The notes below the pieces were generated by a model, which saw nothing but the letters and a program-made list of their open reading frames with translations, was not told the DNA's origin and did no database searches. Positions 12,229 to 21,856 of a stretch of 64,000 nucleotides of DNA are shown here, one piece after another. Source of the DNA: Kinneretia aquatilis. GTDB taxonomy: Bacteria; Pseudomonadota; Gammaproteobacteria; Burkholderiales; Burkholderiaceae_C. Made by a program: the position numbers and the translations under genes. Location of the stretch: positions 1,770,440 through 1,834,439 of the forward strand of contig NZ_POSP01000003.1 in the NCBI RefSeq assembly GCF_002885975.1. Reading direction: 5' to 3'. Within the stretch, counting starts at the first letter, position 1. Each line of letters starts with the position of its first letter.

Positions 12229-14901
12229 TCAACGCAAGCTGCGCTGGGCGACGCCGAGATCGCGCCAGTCCTCGGGGTGGCAGGTGAAGAGCAGCAGCTG
12301 GTGGCGCTGCGCGGCGTCGAAGATCACGCGCTTCATTTGCGCCAGGCGCTGCGCATCGCTGTGCACCAAGGCGTCGTCGAGGATGAGCAGGGTCGGCCGG
12401 CCGGCTTCTTGCAAGAGGTCGGCATAGGCAAAACGGCTGATCAGCCCGAGCTGCTCACGGGCGCCGAAGCTCAGTGCTTCGAAATCGCCGCTCTCCACGC
12501 CGCGCTGGAGCAAGCCCGGCGTCAAGGCCTCGTCCACATCGAGCCGGGCATCCGGGAACAGCAGTTGCACATAACGCTGCAAATGCTGCTGCAGCGGCGC
12601 TTGCAGGCGGGCCAGGCTGGCCTGGCGTTTGCCGTCGAGCTTGCGGCAGAGCAGATCGAGTGCAGCAGCGCGCAGCCGCAGCTCATGCCAGCGGCGCTGG
12701 GCGCGTGCAAGATCCCCGGCGCTTTGCTCGCGCTGCTCGTCCAAGCCCTGCGCGCCCGCCTGCTGCAGGCTCTGCTCGATCAGCTGGATCTGCACCGCAA
12801 GCTCCTGATGGGCCTGCTGCATTTGTTGAACGCTGCGCTGCAGGCGCGCGATGTCTTGCTGGACGATGTCCGGCCGCGCGCGGTCCAGGCTGGCTTGCAA
12901 AGTTTCGATGCGGGCAGCCACGGCCGCCAACTCAGCCTCCCCGGCCAGCCACTGCCGCTGATGCTCGCGCTGCCGCTCCAATCGACCGGGCTCGGCCAAC
13001 TGAGCTCGGGCCAGCTCCAGCTCGCGCTGCGCTTGCAGCTGCTGGGCCTCCATCGCGCTGTGCTGTTGTTCCAGGCGGCCGAGCTGCTGGCGGGCCGCTT
13101 CTTCCACGCGCTGGGTCGCATCGAGCGCAGATTCAGCCTCAGCCACACTGAGCGCAGTGGCCGCTTCACCGGCGGCCTGCTGCGCCAGCGCATCGTGCAA
13201 GGCCAAGAGCCGGGCCTGCAGATCGGCCTGCTCCTGCTGCAGCCGCGCCAGGCCCTGGGGCGCGCTCAAGGCCAGAGCCTGCTCGACCAGCTTGAGCTGG
13301 GCCAAGGCTTCCTGCTGGGCAGCAAACCGACTCTCCGCCTCGGCCAGGTCCTGCACGCCCAAACGCTCCATCGCTGCGGCATGTTCCGCTCGCGCCTCGC
13401 TCCAGCGAGCCTCCAGGCCGTCCAGATCCTGGCCGCCTGGCGTGATGCGCAAGCGCCCCAGACCCGGCAGATCGAGCACCCCAGGCGCAGCCAGCAAGAC
13501 CTGACCCTGGCCCGCGAGTGATTCCGCCTCGGCCTGCCCCTCCTGGCGCAAACGCAGCTGCTGGCCCGCATCCAGCTTGAACTCCAGCCGGGTGGCCAAA
13601 GCCTGGCGCTGCAAGCTCAGCTCGCGCAGACGCTGATCCAGCTTGCGCAAGGTATCCAGGTCAGCCTTGGTGAGCGGCCGCTGCTGCGCCTGCGGCGCAC
13701 GCAGCGCAGCCACGCTCTGCTGGGCCGCCTCGGCATGTTGCAAGGCCTCGGTCATGCGGGCTTGCTGATGCTGCGCGGCCTCCAGCTGCTGTCGGGTCTG
13801 GCGCGCGGCTTCGGCCTGGCGGGACTGTTGCAACTGGGCCTGGGCCTGGCGCACCTGGGCGCTGCTGTGCTTGAACTGATCGCGCGCCGGGGCCAGGCCA
13901 GCCTGCGCGCGCTGCAGCTGTTCGCTGGCCTGCGCCAAGGCCTGCTCGCGCTGTGTGGCAGCACGCTCCTGTTCGGCAAAAGCCTGCAGCTGGCGCTGCA
14001 GCAGTTGCTGCTGATTCTGCAACTGGTTCATGCGCTGGCGGGCCTCGCCCAGCTGCTGTTCGCTCTGCTGCAGGGCCGTTTGCGCCTGCTGGGCTTGAAG
14101 CAACTGCTGCTGCAGCTGCTCCCAAGGCCGCTCTTGCTCATCGCGCTGGTGCTGGCTGCGCAGCTGGGCCAAGCGGTCCACATCCTCGCGGTAACGGGCG
14201 ATCTGCAGGTCCAGATCCTGCAGCGATTGTTGCAAAGCCTGCACCCGCTGGGCGGCCTGCTCCAGCTCGGCGCGAGGCTTGCCGGTGGCCGTGAGCAGCT
14301 CGCCGCGCTGGGCGCGCAGCTCGCTCAGCAGCGCATCGCCACCGCTGGCCGCCACCTGGGCGGCCGCGCCCTGCCCCAAGCGCTCGGCCTGGCTTTGCAA
14401 GGCGCCGTGCAGATGTTCGCGAGCATGCTGGGCCGCCTCGCGCAGCTCTTGGCCTGTGCCCTGCTCCACCCAGAGCAGGCCCGGTATGCCCCAATGCTCG
14501 GTCTTGCTGGCGCCGCGGCTGGCGAAGCCGTAGCCGAAAAGCTGGGCCAGATGGTCCTCGGCCTCCGCGCCCTCCAGGCTGCGTGCATCGATGCGCAAGT
14601 CGCAGCGCGGCCGTTTGCCGAAGCTCTTGGCCAGACGGTACTGGTGGCCATCGAAAGCAAAGTCCAGCTCCACGCTGGGCGCGGCGCTGCTGTCGCCCCA
14701 GGGCAGCAGATCGCCCACGGCCGATGAGCGGTGCCGCTCAAAAAAAGCGGCACGGATGGCGCGCACCAGGCTGCTCTTGCCCGCCTCGTTCGGACCGCAA
14801 AAGATGTTGAGGCCGGGTTGCAGGTTCGCCAGCTCGAATCCTTGCCGGAACTGCCGCAGCTGCTCGACGCGCAGGCGGCTCAGTTGCAGAGGCGCGTTCA
14901 T
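12229..14901 (-). CDS. SbcC/Rad50-like coiled-coil AAA ATPase (YhaN-type)
   Basis: 890 aa; N-terminal Walker A FCGPNEAGKSS; ~600 aa of Q/A/L/E/R-rich heptad-like coiled coil; C-terminal Walker B/D-loop LLILDDALVHSD and H-loop LLLFTCH. The signature motif is degenerate (LSFGAREQ). 4-nt overlap with the upstream nuclease gene. Confidence 0.75.
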   Translation of the reverse strand: MNAPLQLSRLRVEQLRQFRQGFELANLQPGLNIFCGPNEAGKSSLVRAIRAAFFERHRSSAVGDLLPWGDSSAAPSVELDFAFDGHQYRLAKSFGKRPRCDLRIDARSLEGAEAEDHLAQLFGYGFASRGASKTEHWGIPGLLWVEQGTGQELREAAQHAREHLHGALQSQAERLGQGAAAQVAASGGDALLSELRAQRGELLTATGKPRAELEQAAQRVQALQQSLQDLDLQIARYREDVDRLAQLRSQHQRDEQERPWEQLQQQLLQAQQAQTALQQSEQQLGEARQRMNQLQNQQQLLQRQLQAFAEQERAATQREQALAQASEQLQRAQAGLAPARDQFKHSSAQVRQAQAQLQQSRQAEAARQTRQQLEAAQHQQARMTEALQHAEAAQQSVAALRAPQAQQRPLTKADLDTLRKLDQRLRELSLQRQALATRLEFKLDAGQQLRLRQEGQAEAESLAGQGQVLLAAPGVLDLPGLGRLRITPGGQDLDGLEARWSEARAEHAAAMERLGVQDLAEAESRFAAQQEALAQLKLVEQALALSAPQGLARLQQEQADLQARLLALHDALAQQAAGEAATALSVAEAESALDATQRVEEAARQQLGRLEQQHSAMEAQQLQAQRELELARAQLAEPGRLERQREHQRQWLAGEAELAAVAARIETLQASLDRARPDIVQQDIARLQRSVQQMQQAHQELAVQIQLIEQSLQQAGAQGLDEQREQSAGDLARAQRRWHELRLRAAALDLLCRKLDGKRQASLARLQAPLQQHLQRYVQLLFPDARLDVDEALTPGLLQRGVESGDFEALSFGAREQLGLISRFAYADLLQEAGRPTLLILDDALVHSDAQRLAQMKRVIFDAAQRHQLLLFTCHPEDWRDLGVAQRSLR

Positions 14902-16049
14902 GCCGACAGCTCCCTGCGGCGCTGGGCCAGAGTGGCAGTCAGCAAGGCCAGGGCCTCGCGGGCGATCTCGGCCTCGCCCGGCTCCTCAGAGCTTGGTGCC
15001 GGTCCGGCCGCTCCCAGTTCGCGCAGCTCCGCAATCACCTCGGCTAGATAGCCATCGGCCTGCAGGGCGGCGATGTCCTCGTCGGTCGGCGCCAAGCTCA
15101 GGGCCGAGGCCTCCACGCTCAGGTGGCGCAGGCGCCCCCGCAACACGGCCAGTGCGGCATTCAAGCGCTGATGCAGGTCCAGCGCCAGCTGGCCTTCGAG
15201 CCGCAAGCTCAACACGGTGTGGGCCGGCAAGGCCTCCAGGCGCTGCAGCAAGCCGTCCAGATCGCTGGCCACGCGCAGGCTGGCGGACAGCTCCAGCCAG
15301 TCGAACTGCGCCGTGCGCAGCGCCTGCACGCGCGGCTCCGCACCGGGTGCGTCGATCTCCACCAGCAGGGCCTGCCCCGAGTCATTGGCCTTGAATCGAT
15401 CCGGCTCGGGCGTGCCGCTGTACCAGCAGCGAGCCTCGATGCGCTTGCCGCCATGCCAGTCGCCCAGGGCCAGGTAGTCCAGGCGCGCACGCGCTGCGCG
15501 GTCCGGCGCGATCGGGTTGGTCGCGTCGACCATGGACTCGGCCAGGATGCCCTGCACGCTGCCATGCGCCAGGCCCAGGCGCAACCAGCCCGCCGGCGTC
15601 TCGACCGCGTCGAACCAGGCTGTGCTGTCCCCGTAGGTATGACGTTGGCTCAGCGGCGCCGGCAGGATGGCCGTGCGGCAGGCTTCCAGCAGCAAGGGCT
15701 CGGGCCGTAGGGCCAGATGCACATGGGCCGGCACCGCGCCCAGGCGCCGGGCACGCGTCCACACGCTTTCAGCCAGGGCCGCATCGTGGTTGCCCGAGAT
15801 CAGCACCCAGGGCCCGCTGAAGCCTGCCATGGCGTTGAACATGCGGCGTATCGTTCGCTCCGACACCGTCTGCGCATCGAACACATCGCCGGCCACCAGC
15901 ACCGCATCGACCTCGTGTGTACAGGCCAGTGCGGCCAGCCGCTCCACGGCCGCCAAGCGCGCTTCGGCCAGGGGCAAGGCATCCTCGGGATCGAAGCTGC
16001 TGAACCAGCGGCCGATCTGCCAATCGGCGGTGTGCAGGAATCTGGGCAT
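14898..16049 (-). CDS. SbcD/Mre11-like calcineurin-type phosphoesterase (YhaO-type nuclease subunit)
   Basis: 383 aa; phosphoesterase motifs LHTADWQIG (motif I, with Q where SbcD has H), AGDVFD (II), ISGNHD (III); sits immediately upstream of, and overlapping, the Rad50-like ATPase gene. Confidence 0.75.
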   Translation of the reverse strand: MPRFLHTADWQIGRWFSSFDPEDALPLAEARLAAVERLAALACTHEVDAVLVAGDVFDAQTVSERTIRRMFNAMAGFSGPWVLISGNHDAALAESVWTRARRLGAVPAHVHLALRPEPLLLEACRTAILPAPLSQRHTYGDSTAWFDAVETPAGWLRLGLAHGSVQGILAESMVDATNPIAPDRAARARLDYLALGDWHGGKRIEARCWYSGTPEPDRFKANDSGQALLVEIDAPGAEPRVQALRTAQFDWLELSASLRVASDLDGLLQRLEALPAHTVLSLRLEGQLALDLHQRLNAALAVLRGRLRHLSVEASALSLAPTDEDIAALQADGYLAEVIAELRELGAAGPAPSSEEPGEAEIAREALALLTATLAQRRRELSA

Positions 16050-16085
16050 GGGCTGCAGGCGTGAAAAAATTTCAGTGAGGAAGAC

Positions 16086-18065
16086 TCAAACAGCCAGCAA
16101 GTCCAGCAGGCCACTGGCCCGCCGGGTGCGCTGGCGCAAGGCTTGGTGGAAGGTCTGGGCCTGGGGGCTGACCAGGGTGAAGAACTTGCGGGCGCGGGTG
16201 ATGCCGGTGTAGACCAGCTCGCGGCTCAGATGGCTGCCACCCTGCTCGGGCAGCACCAACACCGTGTGCTCGAACTCTGAGCCCTGGGATTTGTGCACCG
16301 TCATCGCAAACGCCGTCTCCACATCGTTGAGGCGGCTCACGCCCACCGAGCGCAGCTGCGGGCCATCGAGGAAGTAGGCGCGCAGGGGAATCAGGCCCTG
16401 GGCATCGAGCAGCTTGTGCGGCTTGAGCGCGATGCCGATGTCGCCGTTGAACACGCCGACGCTGGGGTCGTTGCGCGTGACCATGAGGGGCCGGCCCTCG
16501 TACCACTCGCCGCGCCGGCTCAGCAGACCCGCCTCGGCGAGAGCCCGCTCCACCGCCAGATTGATCCCCTCGGTGCCCCAGACGCCGGCGCGCACGGCGC
16601 AGAGCAGGCGAAAGCGCTCGAATTCGCCCAACACCCAACGCGCCCAGTCCTCAAAGGCCAGCAGGCCGGCCTCCGCCGGCGGGCGCTGGCGCAAGGCTTG
16701 CAAATACGAGGCATAACCGCCCGGCGCACCGGGCCGCCCCTGCAGGGCCAGGCGCAAGACATCGGCCGGCTCGGGCGCTGGCAGCTGCAGCAAGGCCTGA
16801 TCTTCTGCTTGCGCCATCAAGCCTTGAGCCGCCGCCACATCGCCGCGGTTGACCGCCAAGGCCAGCTGGCCGATCGGCCCACCAAAACGCCGGCTTTCGC
16901 GAAGCATCACGGTGGCCTGGGCCAGGGCTTGAGGCCGCTCGGCCTGCAAGTACTCGGCAGGCAAGACCTGACCCGTCGCCGCCTGCGCAAAAGCCGCGGT
17001 GGCCGCGCTGTAGCCGCCACGCTCGGCCTCGCGGCAGAGATCCCCCAGCACCGCGCCGGCCTCCACCGAGGCGAGCTGGTCCTTGTCGCCCAGCAGGATC
17101 AAGCGTGCGCCGGGCGGCAAGGCCTCCAGCAAGGCCGCCATCATTTCCAGATGGACCATGGACGCCTCGTCCACGATCAGCACATCCAACTCCAGCGGAT
17201 GGGCCGCATCGGCGCGGAAGGCGCGCGTGTCCGGCCGCGCGCCCAGCAAGGCGTGCAGGGTGCGCGCGGGGCCGATGTGGGAGGCCAGCTCGCGCAGATC
17301 GAAGTCCGGCGCCAGCGCCTCGGCCAGGCCTTGCAGGGCCGACTCGATGGACTGCTTGAGCCGCGCCGCCGCCTTGCCCGTCGGGGCGGCTAGGGCCACG
17401 CGCAGGGTCTGGCGCTGCGCGTGGACGGCGAACAGCAGAGCCAGCAGGCGCGCGGCCGTGTAGGTCTTGCCCGTGCCCGGGCCGCCGGTGATGACGGCCA
17501 GGCGGCTGCGCAAGGCCACGGCACAGGCCAGTTGCTGCCAGTCCAGGCCCGCGGCCGGTATGGGGAACAAGCGGCACAGCCAGGCGCGCAAGGCCAAGGT
17601 GTCGAGCCGCTCGGTCGCGGACACGCGCGCCAGCACCTGGCTGGCCACGCGCTGCTCGTACTGCCAGTAACGGCGCAGATAAAGGCGCTGGCCTTGCAGC
17701 ACCAGCGGGCTGTGGTTGTCGGGCGCGCCGGGCTGCCAGACCAGGGGGCTGGCCGCCAAACACTGCGTCCACTCGGCCGGCGTCGTCGGCAGGTTCAGCT
17801 CCGCCAAACGTTGCGCCGGCTCGGCACCCCAGCCCAGCAGGTCGGGCGCGTCCTCGCAGAGCTGCGCCAGGGGCAGGCAGGCATGGCCACGCCCTTCCAG
17901 ATGGCTGAGCAAGGCCACGGCCAGCAGCACGGCCGCATCGGCCTGCGGGTCCAGCTCATGCATGAAGCCGGCCAGGGCCGCGTCCAGGCGGCGCAACCAC
18001 TTGTTCTGCACCCAGGCTTTCAACTCCTGCTGCAGCGCGGAGGGCGTGATCGGGTCCATGGTCAT
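16086..18065 (-). CDS. recD: exodeoxyribonuclease V alpha subunit
   Basis: 659 aa, SF1 helicase motifs (ITGGPGTGKTYTAARLL, DEASMV), RecD-type N-terminus; overlaps the recB stop. Confidence 0.9.
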   Translation of the reverse strand: MTMDPITPSALQQELKAWVQNKWLRRLDAALAGFMHELDPQADAAVLLAVALLSHLEGRGHACLPLAQLCEDAPDLLGWGAEPAQRLAELNLPTTPAEWTQCLAASPLVWQPGAPDNHSPLVLQGQRLYLRRYWQYEQRVASQVLARVSATERLDTLALRAWLCRLFPIPAAGLDWQQLACAVALRSRLAVITGGPGTGKTYTAARLLALLFAVHAQRQTLRVALAAPTGKAAARLKQSIESALQGLAEALAPDFDLRELASHIGPARTLHALLGARPDTRAFRADAAHPLELDVLIVDEASMVHLEMMAALLEALPPGARLILLGDKDQLASVEAGAVLGDLCREAERGGYSAATAAFAQAATGQVLPAEYLQAERPQALAQATVMLRESRRFGGPIGQLALAVNRGDVAAAQGLMAQAEDQALLQLPAPEPADVLRLALQGRPGAPGGYASYLQALRQRPPAEAGLLAFEDWARWVLGEFERFRLLCAVRAGVWGTEGINLAVERALAEAGLLSRRGEWYEGRPLMVTRNDPSVGVFNGDIGIALKPHKLLDAQGLIPLRAYFLDGPQLRSVGVSRLNDVETAFAMTVHKSQGSEFEHTVLVLPEQGGSHLSRELVYTGITRARKFFTLVSPQAQTFHQALRQRTRRASGLLDLLAV

Positions 18066-21000
18066 ACCTCTTCTACTTTTTCTTCTTCCTGGTGCTGCGC
18101 ATCGATCAGATCCTCAAGCCCCTCCAACAGCGCCAGCGGCGGCCGCACCCACAGGCAGCCAGCCTCGGGGCCGTCCATGCCGCGCATGAAGAGGTAGAGC
18201 GCGCCGCCCAGGTGCTGGGCCGGCTCGTAAAGCTCGCCCAGGCGCTGGCGCAGCAGGCGGTGCAGGGCCAGCAGGTAGAGCGCGGCCTGCACGTCATAAC
18301 GGTGTTCGGCCATGGCAGCCTCGAGGACCTCATGGTCGTAATCGGCATCGCGCTCACCCAGGGCATTGGACTTGTAGTCCAAGACCCAGAAACGCCCGCC
18401 CTGCTCGAAAACCAGGTCGGCAAAGCCCATCATCAAACCCTGCAGCGCCCGCTCCGGCAGGGCCGGACGCGGCCGGCCGCCGAGCAGATGCTGGCGGCAG
18501 AGCGCGTCGATGGACTGCGAGCTCAGCCCGCTGCTGGGGAACCAGAACTCCATTTCCGGCAGCAGCGCGTCCAGGCGCGCCAGCGAAGCGCCCTCGCTCA
18601 GCGGCGGCAGCGGCGTTTGCAGCAGGCGACTCAACCAGCTCAAGACCTCGTCCGACCAGTTGCCCCAGCCCTGACGCTCGCAGCGCGCTCGCAGCTGGGC
18701 TTGCAGGGCCGGAGACTCGGCCAGGGCAAAGCCCTCACCGGCCAACCATTCCAGCTGATCGTGCAGAAAATTGCCGGCAAAAGCGCCACGCGGGAAGCGG
18801 TGCCAGGCGGGCAACAGGCTGACGCTGCTTGATGTTTGGGTTTCAGCGGGCGCCTGCGCCGCCAGGGCCGCCGCCTCAGGGTCAGCCAGGCGGTCTTCGT
18901 CGTCGCGCGCGGCAGCGTCGCTGATCAGGCGGCCGGCATCCAGGGCCGGCGCCTTGGCGCTGCTCAGCGCGCGCACCAGGGCCGAGAAGCTGCTGACCGT
19001 CCAGCGGCGCTCGAACTGGGCCTCGTACACCTCGGCTTCGCGCAACGGCGGCGCCGACCCGCGCGCTTGCAAGGCGCTGCAGGGCCAGTCCGGGCGGTAG
19101 ATCAGGCGGCTCAAGTGAATGCCAGCCGGGTCGCCAGCGGCCAGATCCTCGGCCGAGCTCCAGAGCTCCTCCGGCGTCTGCGGCACACCGCCACCGAGCA
19201 CATAGCCCAGGGCGCTGCGGTGCACCTGGCAATCGTCGCTCTGCCCCACTTTCAAGGCCGAGACGCCCAGCCACAGGGCATGGCGGGCGCGGGTTAGGGC
19301 CACGTAGAACAAGCGCAGGTCCTCGCGCTGGCGCTCCAGATCGGCGGCGGCGATCTGCTCGGCATCGGGCTCCAGATGCAGCTGCTGCTCCAGCTTGACG
19401 TAGCGCGCGCGGCGCTTGTCCACGGCGCGGAAGCTGGCGGCAAAGGGCAGGAACACCAGTGGGTACTCCAGGCCCTTGGATTTGTGCACCGTCACCACCC
19501 TGACCAGATCGGCGTCGCTCTCCAGGCGCACGATCTGCTCCTCGCCGCCGGTGCTGCCGGGCTCGGCGATCTGGGCCGCCAGCCAGCGGATCAGGGCCTG
19601 CTCGCCGTCCAGTTGGCTGCTGGCCGACTGCAAGAGCTCGGCCAAGTGCAGCACATTGGTCAAGCGGCGCTCACCGCTGACCTGCAACGTCAGGCCTGCG
19701 GCCAGCCAACGGCTGGGCAGCTGCAAACGGTGCAGGGTCTGGCGCAACATGCTCAAGACACCCTGCTGCTGCCAGACACTGTGCAAGGCCTTGAGCTGCT
19801 CGCTGCGCAGATCAAAGGCTTCGTCGTCGCGGGCCAGTTCGGCCAGCTCAACCAGGCTCAGCCCCAAGGTCGGGCTGGCCAGGGCGGCGCGCACCAGGCG
19901 GGCATCGAGCGGGGAAGCCACGGCGCGCAGCCAGGCCAGCAGGTCGCGGGCCTCATCGCTGGCGAAGACCGAGTCCTTGTCCGACAGGTAGACCGAGGCC
20001 AGGCCACGGCGCCGCATGGCCTCGCGCACGGCCGAGGCCTCGCGGGCATTGCGCACCAGCACAGCGATGTCGGCCGGGCGCAGGCGCTGGAATCTGCCCT
20101 GGGTTTCATTCAAGAACCCGGCTTTCTCATCATTGAGCAGGCTGACGATGGTCTCGGCGCACACCTCACCAAAGCGCTGCAGGCTGGCGCGGCCGTCCTG
20201 CAAATCCAGGTCCAGCCACAGCTGCAACGCGGGAACGGCACCGCTGCTGCAGACGAACACCTCACCCCGCCCGCGCGCCGCCACGGGCTGGAAGGGCAAG
20301 GGACTGGCCAGCCCGGCGCTGCCCAGCAAGAAGGCGCCGGCGTCAAAGGCCTCGGCCCGGGCGAACACGCTGTTGACTGCCTGAACCAAGGCTTGCGTCG
20401 AGCGGTGGTTGGTGCCCAGCAGATAGTGGCGGCCCTCGGTCTGGCGGCGTACGTTCAGATAACTGTAAATATCGGCGCCACGGAAACCGTAGATCGATTG
20501 CTTGGGGTCGCCGATCAGCAAGAGCGTGCTGTCGCGCGCGTTGCCGGCGATGCGGTAGAGCCGGTCGAAGATGCGGGTCTGCAGCGGCGAGGTGTCCTGG
20601 AACTCATCGATCAAGGCCACCGGGTACTGGGCCCGCATGCGCTCGCGCAGGCGGCGCGCATGGTCGCCATGCCGCGCTTCATCGAGGGCCTCGTCCAGGC
20701 GCTGCAGCATGTCAGCAAAACCGAAGCTGCCGTCCTGGCGCTTGAGCTCGGCCAGGCGATCGCGGATGTGCAGGGCCGCATGCAGGCGCAGCGGCGCGCT
20801 GGCCGAGGGCAAGGCGGCCAGGCCGGCGAGCAACTCTTCGAAGGCGGCGAACTCGGGCGGCCAGTCGGGCTCCGCAGCATCGGGCTTGAGCGCTTCTTTC
20901 ATGCCGCGGAGCGGCAAGCGCTTGAGGGCCGAATCGCTGAGTTCCAGCGTCTCCTGCTCGGGATCGAGCGCCCATTCGGCCAGGGTTTTCAGCCAGGCGG

Positions 21001-21856
21001 TGTAATGCCGCGTCGCCAGCTTGCGCTTGTCGAAGGCGCATTGCTTGGGTGCTAGCTGCACATCAATCCAGCGTTGCATGGCCTCGGCGCGCTCGACCCA
21101 GCCATCCTTCAACAAGGCCAAGGCCTCACGCCGCCGGGCTTGCAGCGCCTCGATCAGCGCGCCCAGCGAGCCCGGCAGCGCCTGCTGAAAACCGGCGCCC
21201 TCACTCGCCTGGTCCAACTCCTGAGCCATCAAGGCCTGGGCATCGGCGCCCAGCGCGGCCACACCAGGCCAGACCTCGAACACGGCATCGAGCTGCTCGC
21301 CAGCAAGCGGGTAGACCTGCTGGCGCCAGTAGTCCTGGGTGGCGCCGTCCAGCAGCAGGCGCTCGTTGGCCACCAGCTCTTCGTCGAACAGGCAGCCGCT
21401 GTCGAAGGCATGCTCGCGCAGCATGCGCTGGCACCAGGCGTCGATGGTGTGCACGGCCGCTTCGTCCATGCCCTCGGCCGCGGCGGCCAGGCGCCAGGCT
21501 GCAGCGCGGCGGCCGGGGCCTTCGGGGTAGGCCTCGAGCAGGGCTTGCAGCAGCCCATCGGGGGCGGCCAACTCGCCGCGGAACACCCGCGCCGCCTCCA
21601 GCAAGCGTGCGCGGATGCGGTCAGACAGCTCGCGCGTGGCCGCGCGGGTGAAGGTCATCACCAGAATCTCGGCCGGCTGCAGCGGCCGCTCAAAAGCCGC
21701 CTCCTCGCCGCCATGGCCCAGCACCAGGCGCAGGTAGAGGGCCGCAATCGTCCAGGTCTTGCCGGTGCCGGCGCTGGCCTCAATCAGGCGGCTGCCCCAG
21801 AGCGGGAAGCTCAGGGGGTCGAGGGGAATGCCCGGGGTGTTCACGAAGGCGATCAT
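18062..21856 (-). CDS. recB: exodeoxyribonuclease V beta subunit
   Basis: 1264 aa, UvrD-like helicase N-terminus (LIEASAGTGKTWTIAALYLRL) and C-terminal PD-(D/E)xK nuclease domain; overlaps the recC stop. Confidence 0.9.
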   Translation of the reverse strand: MIAFVNTPGIPLDPLSFPLWGSRLIEASAGTGKTWTIAALYLRLVLGHGGEEAAFERPLQPAEILVMTFTRAATRELSDRIRARLLEAARVFRGELAAPDGLLQALLEAYPEGPGRRAAAWRLAAAAEGMDEAAVHTIDAWCQRMLREHAFDSGCLFDEELVANERLLLDGATQDYWRQQVYPLAGEQLDAVFEVWPGVAALGADAQALMAQELDQASEGAGFQQALPGSLGALIEALQARRREALALLKDGWVERAEAMQRWIDVQLAPKQCAFDKRKLATRHYTAWLKTLAEWALDPEQETLELSDSALKRLPLRGMKEALKPDAAEPDWPPEFAAFEELLAGLAALPSASAPLRLHAALHIRDRLAELKRQDGSFGFADMLQRLDEALDEARHGDHARRLRERMRAQYPVALIDEFQDTSPLQTRIFDRLYRIAGNARDSTLLLIGDPKQSIYGFRGADIYSYLNVRRQTEGRHYLLGTNHRSTQALVQAVNSVFARAEAFDAGAFLLGSAGLASPLPFQPVAARGRGEVFVCSSGAVPALQLWLDLDLQDGRASLQRFGEVCAETIVSLLNDEKAGFLNETQGRFQRLRPADIAVLVRNAREASAVREAMRRRGLASVYLSDKDSVFASDEARDLLAWLRAVASPLDARLVRAALASPTLGLSLVELAELARDDEAFDLRSEQLKALHSVWQQQGVLSMLRQTLHRLQLPSRWLAAGLTLQVSGERRLTNVLHLAELLQSASSQLDGEQALIRWLAAQIAEPGSTGGEEQIVRLESDADLVRVVTVHKSKGLEYPLVFLPFAASFRAVDKRRARYVKLEQQLHLEPDAEQIAAADLERQREDLRLFYVALTRARHALWLGVSALKVGQSDDCQVHRSALGYVLGGGVPQTPEELWSSAEDLAAGDPAGIHLSRLIYRPDWPCSALQARGSAPPLREAEVYEAQFERRWTVSSFSALVRALSSAKAPALDAGRLISDAAARDDEDRLADPEAAALAAQAPAETQTSSSVSLLPAWHRFPRGAFAGNFLHDQLEWLAGEGFALAESPALQAQLRARCERQGWGNWSDEVLSWLSRLLQTPLPPLSEGASLARLDALLPEMEFWFPSSGLSSQSIDALCRQHLLGGRPRPALPERALQGLMMGFADLVFEQGGRFWVLDYKSNALGERDADYDHEVLEAAMAEHRYDVQAALYLLALHRLLRQRLGELYEPAQHLGGALYLFMRGMDGPEAGCLWVRPPLALLEGLEDLIDAQHQEEEKVEEV

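Noticed and set aside
12229-16049. Assigning the phosphoesterase + SMC-like ATPase pair to a named anti-phage defence system (Lamassu/Septu/Gabija-like)
   Set aside because: The partner is a calcineurin-type Mre11/SbcD nuclease rather than the effector types of those systems, and the pair is translationally chained to recBCD. A repair role is more parsimonious; the defence possibility is kept as a finding rather than a call.
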